Below are positions 26,708 through 32,000 of a stretch of 32,000 nt of DNA, one piece after another. Made by a program: the position numbers and the translations under genes. The DNA is from Alkalilimnicola ehrlichii MLHE-1 (lineage in GTDB: Bacteria > Pseudomonadota > Gammaproteobacteria > Nitrococcales > Halorhodospiraceae), in the NCBI RefSeq assembly GCF_000014785.1, contig NC_008340.1, positions 840,001 to 872,000 on the forward strand, in the 5' to 3' direction. The notes beneath the pieces are model-generated. The model did not search any database. It was not told the DNA's origin and was given only the letters and a program-made list of their open reading frames with translations. Numbering within the stretch: position 1 is the first letter of the stretch; each line of letters begins with the position of its first letter.

Positions 26708-27460
26708 TCACTCCATTTCGATTTCCGCATTCAGGGCCCCTCGCGGGGTGATGGCGGACAGGTCCAGCCTGGCGGCGTCGCCCCAGTCGGCCTCCTGACC
26801 GAGGTGCCAGTGGGAGGACTGGCCGGGGAGCAGGTAGCGGTGGGTGCCCAGCGTGGCCACCTGTTGTTCCCCGGTTTCGGGATCGCGGGTGGCGACCCGC
26901 AATTCCTGTACATGGGCGTGGATGTTGCCCAGGTTCTCGGCCCGGATCTCCAGACCGCCCGACTCAAGGGCGTGGACCGTCCAGCGCAGGTCGGGCCTTT
27001 CACCGCCCTCCGGCGCCACGAACAGCGGCACCCCCAGGCGCAGGATCACCTGCAGCCGCGCACCGTCACCCTCGGTCGGTGGGGGGCTCTCCTGCAAATA
27101 GATGCGGTAGGCCTGTTCGACCGCTCTGGTGGAATCGGCATTCCGGCCGGCGTGGGCCACCCGCACCACCTGGCTCTCACCGGGCTCCACGGTGAAGATG
27201 GGCGGGGTCACCAGTACCTCATCTGTGGGCGCGTGGATGTCCTCGCCCTCCTCCTGGGTCCAGTGCACCACCTCCGTCTGGATCACCCGGGACCGGTCGC
27301 CGTGATTGCGCAGGGTCAGCGCGGCGGCCGGCGTGTCTTCGTCCAGATGCACGCGCAACGGCGTCACCTGCAGCCCGGAGGCCGCCGACAGGGCGGGCAG
27401 GGACAACAGCAGGCCGGCCAGAAGGGCGGCCGTCCAGAGTACGGGGTTCCCTTTGCGCAT
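26708..27460 (-). CDS. Periplasmic pilus chaperone (PapD-like Ig fold)
   Basis: From ORF 26708..27490. The start is at ATG 27458-27460 (MRKGNPVLWTAALLAGLLLSLPALSAASG), preceded by GGAGG. The mature N-terminus LQVTPLRVHLDEDTPAAALTLRNHG...VTPPIFTVEPGESQVVRV is the typical chaperone beta-strand pattern. Confidence 0.8.
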   Translation of the reverse strand: MRKGNPVLWTAALLAGLLLSLPALSAASGLQVTPLRVHLDEDTPAAALTLRNHGDRSRVIQTEVVHWTQEEGEDIHAPTDEVLVTPPIFTVEPGESQVVRVAHAGRNADSTRAVEQAYRIYLQESPPPTEGDGARLQVILRLGVPLFVAPEGGERPDLRWTVHALESGGLEIRAENLGNIHAHVQELRVATRDPETGEQQVATLGTHRYLLPGQSSHWHLGQEADWGDAARLDLSAITPRGALNAEIEME

Positions 27461-27483
27461 GTGTGCCTCCCTTCGGGGTCCGC

Positions 27484-27975
27484 TTACCATTTAACCGTGA
27501 CTTCGATCGTGTCTACGTAGTTACCGACCGCTACGCTCTGTTCGGCGAAGATGCGCCCATAGACAACGTAGGATTGTTCAGAGCCAGTGCCGGACAGGCC
27601 GGTGAGCTCGGCGCCGGAGTCGATGTCGCCCCAGCTGGTCCCTCCGTGGTTGTCATGGTAGAGGTCGTATTCCAGGAAATCGGACTCGTCCGCAAGGGCC
27701 ATGCGGCGTTCGCCCTCCGCGCCGGTATTATCCCCGTCATCCAGCCCGATGTCGTAGGGCGTGTCGCTGGTGCATTGCACGCGGATCTCGCTGTTCTCGT
27801 CGAGAGGGGTATCCGAGAAGGGGTCGTAGGTGCCGAACACCAGGTTGTCGGCATCCACCGTACAGGTTGGGTCCACCGTAGCAGTGACGTCGAAGGTGGC
27901 GGTGTCGGTTTGGGCCACGGCGGTCATGGAGGCGGGGTACAGCGCCGCGAGGGCGAGCAGCAGGCGGAATTTCAT
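27484..27975 (-). CDS. SCPU-domain major pilus subunit (first gene of operon)
   Basis: From ORF 27484..28005. The start is at ATG 27973-27975 (MKFRLLLALAALYPASMTAVA/QTDTATFDVTATVDPTCTVDADNLVFGTYDP). It has the SCPU hallmarks C-x-V...FG-x-YDP and IRVQCT, and a C-terminal DTIEVTVKW. Confidence 0.85.
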   Translation of the reverse strand: MKFRLLLALAALYPASMTAVAQTDTATFDVTATVDPTCTVDADNLVFGTYDPFSDTPLDENSEIRVQCTSDTPYDIGLDDGDNTGAEGERRMALADESDFLEYDLYHDNHGGTSWGDIDSGAELTGLSGTGSEQSYVVYGRIFAEQSVAVGNYVDTIEVTVKW

Positions 27976-28272
27976 GACGGGTGGATCCCTCTTCGGCTGA
28001 ATCAAGGTCGGTATTTGATAACCGTTTCTCGATTATCAGTGCCTTATGCCAAGAATAGCACAGAGGTAGGGCGTCGACTGGGTCAACGTGCGGGCCGCTT
28101 CGTGTGTTTGCGCCAGCCAGGCCGCCTTGCCGGGTCGGCGCGGACCAGGCGGCTGCGGCATATCCCATGACGCCGTGGGATATGCCTGGGTTCTCCCGGC
28201 TTACCTGGGCCGCGTTGCACCACTGCCAGGCGCCATCGGGGTTCGCCTGGCAATGGAGGTGCCACGATGAGA

Positions 28273-28299
28273 CTATATAAAACAGCATGTTTTATATAG
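28273..28299. promoter_or_regulatory. Perfect 11-bp inverted repeat CTATATAAAAC-N5-GTTTTATATAG (candidate operator/UAS)
   Basis: The repeat can be read directly. It sits in the sharply AT-rich core of the 428-bp divergent intergenic region between the pilus operon and the TonB-dependent receptor gene. TTTT follows on the plus strand. Confidence 0.4.
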
Positions 28300-28340
28300 T
28301 TTTGGATTGCATCTAGTTCTTCCTCCAGGTTTTTCTCTGT

Positions 28341-28355
28341 TGGCATGGTCATTGC
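28341..28355 (+). promoter_or_regulatory. Candidate sigma54-type promoter upstream of the TonB-dependent receptor
   Basis: TGGCAT-GGTCA-TTGC matches 9 of 10 core positions of TGGCAC-N5-TTGC, with correct GG/GC spacing. It lies about 49 nt upstream of ATG 28404. Confidence 0.35.
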
Positions 28356-28403
28356 CAACCTCTCTGATCGACGACCCGCGATAACAGAGAGAGAAAGCAG
28401 ACC

Positions 28404-30677
28404 ATGATCAATGCTGCACACAGGCGGATCCGGCCACCCCTTCCTGCCCTTGGCGCAACCGCTGCGCTGCTCACTATTCAGCCCCTTGCCACCACCGACG
28501 CCGGTGAGCCGCCGGAATTGCCGCCCATACGGGTCGAGTCCACCACCATCGACGACCGCTTCGCCGGTGACGAGACCAATCCCACCGCCACCTCCTTCGT
28601 CCGCGGTGACGAGGTGGACGCCGCCGCCGCCGAGCATATCGAGCAGGTCCTGCGCCGTATCCCGGGGCTGACCGCCGACACCCGCACCGGCTCCGATGAC
28701 GCGGTCAAGATCAAGCTGCGGGGCGTCGAGGGCCAGCGCTACATGGGCGAGGACCCGGGGGTGGCCATCATCATCGATGGCGTGCCGGTGAAGGAGGACA
28801 CCGGCCGGGTCAATATCGATATGGATAACATCGAGTCCATCCGGGTGATCCGGGGCAGCGCCTCTTACCTCTACGGTGAAGACGCCCTGGCCGGTGCCGT
28901 GGTGATCACCACCAAGCGCGGGGCCGACATGGCCGGCTTTCGGACCGAGGGGGCCCTGGGCAGCCACGGGACGCAGCGCTGGTTGGGCCGGGCGGGGTAT
29001 GCGGACGAGCGGTTCAATGCTTACCTGCAGGCCTCGCACCGGGAGTCGGACGGCTGGCATGCCCGCGCCGGCTACGAGGCCGACTACCTGAACGGCAAGC
29101 TGCAGTACTACCTCGACGACTACAGCGATATCACCTTCAACTTTGAGCACACGGACCGGTTTCGCGATGAAACCGGCACGGTCCGTGGCCGCAGCCAGGC
29201 GGAGCGCGATCCGCGTAACCGGGAGGCGCAGCGCGGCTCCTACACCCGTAACTTCCACCTGGACCTGGCGCGCTACTCGGTCACCTACATGCGCGACCTG
29301 CGCGCCGCCGGCGAACTGACCCTGAGCGGTTACCGCTTCACCGACGAGACCTGGAACTGGTACGCGCCCATGCGCTACGACGGCGACGGCAACGCGGTGA
29401 ACGACGCCGATCTCTACGAGAGCCGCAGCGACAAGGAGCAGGTGCAACGCGGGCTCAAGGCCGAGTGGCGCAACGACGGCCAGCGGTTCGCCGGGCTGTT
29501 GGGGCTGGACCTGCGCGAGAACACCTACGAGCAGGAGAACCATTACATCAATGACAACAAGCCGAGTCCGTCGCCCTTTGCGCCGGTGCGGGAGGCGGGG
29601 ACGCGGAGCGCGGACCACGAGACCGATGAGACCATCCGCGCCGCCTATGGCGAGTTGAAGTGGCGGCTGGCCCCGCGCTGGACCCTGACCGGAAACGCCC
29701 GCTTCGATCACACCCGCCTGGAGCACAGCGACCACATGGAGGGCCGGTCGCTGGACCGCAGCTTCAACGTCTGGTCCTGGCGGGCGGGCAGCGCCTTTCA
29801 GGCCAGTGACCGGCTGACCTTCTTTGCCAACGCCTCCACCGGGTTCCGCAACCCCACCGTGGGCCAGTTGTTCGCTGGTGGCTTTGAGGACGACACCGCC
29901 GGCAACCCCGACCTGGACCCGGAGGAGGTGATCAACCTCGAGCTGGGGCTGCGTGCCCGGACCCGCTGGCTGGGGCAGCCGGTGCGCGCCGAGCTGACCC
30001 TGTTTCAGATGGACCGGGACGACTTCATCCTCCGCCAGGCCGGGCAATACGCCACCACCGCCGAGGAACAGGAGGCCCGATACGAGAACATCGGCGGTGC
30101 CCGCCACCGCGGTCTTGAACTGGCCCTGAGCGGCGAGGCGGGGCAGCGGGTGAGCTGGGGGGCGGCCTACACCCTGCTCGATGCCCGGTTCACCGATTAC
30201 GACAATTTCAACCTGGCGCTGGGGAACGCCCGCGGGGAGTTCCTGGGCGAGTGCGACCAGGTCACCCTGGACGACCCGCGCAGCCAGTACTGCGTGGAAC
30301 GCCACGACAACAGCGGCAACCGCATCCCGCGGGTACCGCGCCACACCCTCAACCTGCTGGTGGATTTCCACCTGACCCCGGCCTTCACCCTGACCACGGA
30401 GAGCCACACGGTCTCCTCCTGGTTCGCAGATGAACTCAACGAGTTCGAACTCTCCGGTCACACCGTCTTCAACCTGGTGGGCAACTACCGCCAGCGCCTG
30501 GGCCGGGTGGATCTGCGCGCGTTCCTGCGCGTGGACAACGTCTTCGACCAGTGGCACTACGAGCGCGCCTCGGCCTTCTACGACAACAACCAGGACGGCG
30601 AGTACGACTGGGAGGACGTCACCTTCCTGGTGAACCCCGGGCGCACCTGGACCGCCGGTCTGGAGGCGCGCTTCTGA
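28404..30677 (+). CDS. TonB-dependent outer-membrane receptor
   Basis: 757 aa. Plug-domain motifs are present (IEQVLRRIPGLT...KIKLRGVEGQR...IIIDGVPV...IESIRVIRGSASYLYGEDALAGAVVITTKRG). The barrel is Tyr/Asp/Arg/Asn-rich, and the terminus NPGRTWTAGLEARF ends in Phe. The antisense 824-aa ORF is rejected (see below). Confidence 0.9.
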   Translation: MINAAHRRIRPPLPALGATAALLTIQPLATTDAGEPPELPPIRVESTTIDDRFAGDETNPTATSFVRGDEVDAAAAEHIEQVLRRIPGLTADTRTGSDDAVKIKLRGVEGQRYMGEDPGVAIIIDGVPVKEDTGRVNIDMDNIESIRVIRGSASYLYGEDALAGAVVITTKRGADMAGFRTEGALGSHGTQRWLGRAGYADERFNAYLQASHRESDGWHARAGYEADYLNGKLQYYLDDYSDITFNFEHTDRFRDETGTVRGRSQAERDPRNREAQRGSYTRNFHLDLARYSVTYMRDLRAAGELTLSGYRFTDETWNWYAPMRYDGDGNAVNDADLYESRSDKEQVQRGLKAEWRNDGQRFAGLLGLDLRENTYEQENHYINDNKPSPSPFAPVREAGTRSADHETDETIRAAYGELKWRLAPRWTLTGNARFDHTRLEHSDHMEGRSLDRSFNVWSWRAGSAFQASDRLTFFANASTGFRNPTVGQLFAGGFEDDTAGNPDLDPEEVINLELGLRARTRWLGQPVRAELTLFQMDRDDFILRQAGQYATTAEEQEARYENIGGARHRGLELALSGEAGQRVSWGAAYTLLDARFTDYDNFNLALGNARGEFLGECDQVTLDDPRSQYCVERHDNSGNRIPRVPRHTLNLLVDFHLTPAFTLTTESHTVSSWFADELNEFELSGHTVFNLVGNYRQRLGRVDLRAFLRVDNVFDQWHYERASAFYDNNQDGEYDWEDVTFLVNPGRTWTAGLEARF

Positions 30678-31354
30678 TGGCAGGCGGGGTTGGCGGGCTG
30701 GTGGCCGAGGGGCTCACCGGCATGACGCTGCCGGCTGCGCTGGCGCTCGGACTGGTCTACGGGGTCAGCGCCTGCGCCGTGGTCTGCCTGCCCTTTCTCG
30801 GGCCGGTGCTGTTCGCCACCGGTGAGGGGCCGGGGCGCGCCTGGCGCCGGCTGCTGCCCTTCTCGCTGGGCCGGATCGCCGGTTACGCCGGGATGGCCGG
30901 CCTCTCGGCACTGGTCGGGGCGGTGCTGCTGGAGGGGCTCGGCCGGTGGCCCGCCTGGCTGCTGGGCGGTGCCGCACTGGTGCTGGCCGGTTACCTGGCC
31001 TGGGGCGGGGGCGGCGCCAGTGATCGGGGTTGTGCCCGGCGCGGCGGTGCCGGCGCCGTACCGATGACCGGCGGGCTCTTCGTGCTGGGCCTGGGTATGG
31101 CCCTCAATCCGGCCTGCGCGTCCCTGCTGCTGGTGTTGCTCTCCGCCGCCGCCATGGGGTCGGTCAGCGAGGGGGTGTTATTGGGCCTGACTTTCGGGCT
31201 GGGCGTCTCGGTGGGGCCCTTTCTGGTCTTCGGTGTGGTCTTCGCCCAGCTCGGCGCGGCGGTTCATCAATGGCTCTGGCGCTGGCGCGTGGCGCTGCGT
31301 CGCGGTGCCGCGCTGCTCCTGGGGAGTTTCGGTGCGGCCACCGTCTGGTTATAG
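30677..31354 (+). CDS. DsbD_2/CcdA-superfamily-like polytopic membrane protein (possible metal/thiol transport role)
   Basis: From ORF 30551..31354. I prefer the start at ATG 30677-30679, which overlaps the receptor stop as TGATG. It has about 6 hydrophobic helices. Cys motifs lie in TM1 (GVSACAVVCLPFLGP) and in the second half (ALNPACAS), recalling the two-repeat DsbD_2-type fold. The family call is tentative. Confidence 0.55.
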   Translation: MAGGVGGLVAEGLTGMTLPAALALGLVYGVSACAVVCLPFLGPVLFATGEGPGRAWRRLLPFSLGRIAGYAGMAGLSALVGAVLLEGLGRWPAWLLGGAALVLAGYLAWGGGGASDRGCARRGGAGAVPMTGGLFVLGLGMALNPACASLLLVLLSAAAMGSVSEGVLLGLTFGLGVSVGPFLVFGVVFAQLGAAVHQWLWRWRVALRRGAALLLGSFGAATVWL

Positions 31355-31411
31355 GGGCGTGGGGCTAGGCCCCATCACCCAACACACATTGAAATGGGGG
31401 GATTGCTTGCG

Positions 31412-32000
31412 ATGTCTGTCTCTTGGCCTACCCGTCTGTGGGGGGCGCTGGTGTTACTGGCGCTGTTGGGCCCGTGGGGCGCGGCCCAGCCGGTGGAGGA
31501 GGCCGGTCCACTCTGGTTGTCGGATGCCCCGCCCAATGAGGCCTATGCGCAGCGGCTGCGCCGCAGCCACGGCGGTGCGGTGGAGATGGGCCGGGGCGGC
31601 AGCACCGCCAAGCGGCTCTGGCTGCGCCATGGCGCGGTGCCGGAAACCGCCGGCTACACGGACGAGGCGGCCGCGGAGGGGTTCGATTTCCGGGTGACCA
31701 CCCCGGCGGGGGAGGCCGAGCGGCTGCGCCCCTTTGTCGACGAGGCCGGGGTGGGGCTGCACTTTCCGATACCGGAGGAGGGCTTCTATAACGTCTACGC
31801 CACCCGCCGACAGGTCCGGGACGGGGTGCTGGCGGTGGAGGTGGTCAAGCATGAGTTGCTGCGCCACCTTTGCTCCGAGGGCCACGACTATCCCATGACG
31901 CTGGTGGCGCCGCGCCACCTGCCGGAGCTCCCGCTGGAGATCATCCGGCTGCGCCAGCCGGATGAGGATTTCCATACCCGGCTCCACTCCGGTGACACCC
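31412..32000 (+). CDS. Secreted hypothetical protein, 3'-truncated by window end
   Basis: This open frame is not in the track because it has no stop before the window end. ATG 31412 gives MSVSWPTRLWGALVLLALLGPWGAAQP (a signal peptide); an alternative in-frame ATG is at 31394. GC3 stays high throughout, and the frame continues ...GFYNVYATRRQVRDGVLAVEVVKHELLRHLCSEGHDYP. I recognise no family. Confidence 0.6.
   Translation, partial: MSVSWPTRLWGALVLLALLGPWGAAQPVEEAGPLWLSDAPPNEAYAQRLRRSHGGAVEMGRGGSTAKRLWLRHGAVPETAGYTDEAAAEGFDFRVTTPAGEAERLRPFVDEAGVGLHFPIPEEGFYNVYATRRQVRDGVLAVEVVKHELLRHLCSEGHDYPMTLVAPRHLPELPLEIIRLRQPDEDFHTRLHSGDT

Noticed and set aside
28088-28270. 60-aa plus-strand ORF in the pilus/receptor intergenic region
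   Set aside because: It starts at GTG and has no Shine-Dalgarno. The sequence is better explained by the overlapping perfect hairpins, and the peptide has no recognisable features. I keep it only as an alternative under the intergenic-region finding.
28006-28403. Known riboswitch (cobalamin or c-di-GMP class I) in the long leader, on either strand
   Set aside because: I looked for a B12-box-like AGYCMGG-AGACCKGCC element, the GCCACUG / AGGGAA / GGUG-AA-CC blocks, and the GEMM-I conserved GCAAAGCC-type segments. None was convincingly present. An Infernal scan is still needed to be sure.
28083-30557. 824-aa ORF on the minus strand
   Set aside because: It is antisense to the TonB-dependent receptor. 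The plus-strand protein has plug-domain motifs, a beta-barrel composition and a C-terminal Phe. The minus-strand translation is repetitive Val/Gly/Ala/Pro/Arg with no motifs.
31233-31987. Track ORFs 31233..31697 (+) and 31454..31987 (-)
   Set aside because: Both are displaced by the open plus-strand frame from ATG 31412. That frame has a clean signal peptide and consistently GC-ending codons through to the window end. It is missing from the track only because it has no stop codon.

Overview
This is a high-GC, gammaproteobacterium-like chromosomal segment. The strong GC3 bias produces many long spurious antisense ORFs in the six-frame track. The organism assignment is inference only.

The core (about 7.4-15.0 kb, minus strand) is the conserved translation cluster thrS-infC-rpmI-rplT-pheS-pheT-ihfA-MerR-like-tRNA-Pro(GGG). 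It has recognisable intra-operon hairpins, a non-AUG (AUC) infC start and a tRNA-Thr anticodon-arm mimic in the thrS leader.

The left flank holds:
- an ArsR::rhodanese fusion regulator divergent from a rubredoxin::FAD-reductase fusion
- a MaoC-like hot-dog protein
- two sensory diguanylate cyclases

The right flank (15-32 kb) is accessory-looking and holds:
1. a RimK-like ATP-grasp / 7TM inactive-transglutaminase / retropepsin-like lipoprotein cassette directly upstream of thrS
2. back-to-back with it, a rearranged Anbu (proteasome-like) locus with a circularly permuted ATP-grasp, an alpha-E protein, a zinc-ribbon HExxH peptidase and a catalytically intact transglutaminase
3. a minimal SCPU-type (archaic) chaperone-usher pilus operon
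4. a TonB-dependent receptor, a DsbD_2-like membrane protein and a 3'-truncated secreted protein, preceded by an unusually long, structured intergenic region

I saw no rRNA, CRISPR array, IS element, integrase or phage gene. The best candidate for an undescribed system is the pair of adjacent, experimentally uncharacterised ligase / transglutaminase-fold / peptidase modules at 15.1-23.9 kb. All family assignments come from motif recognition by eye, not database searches.
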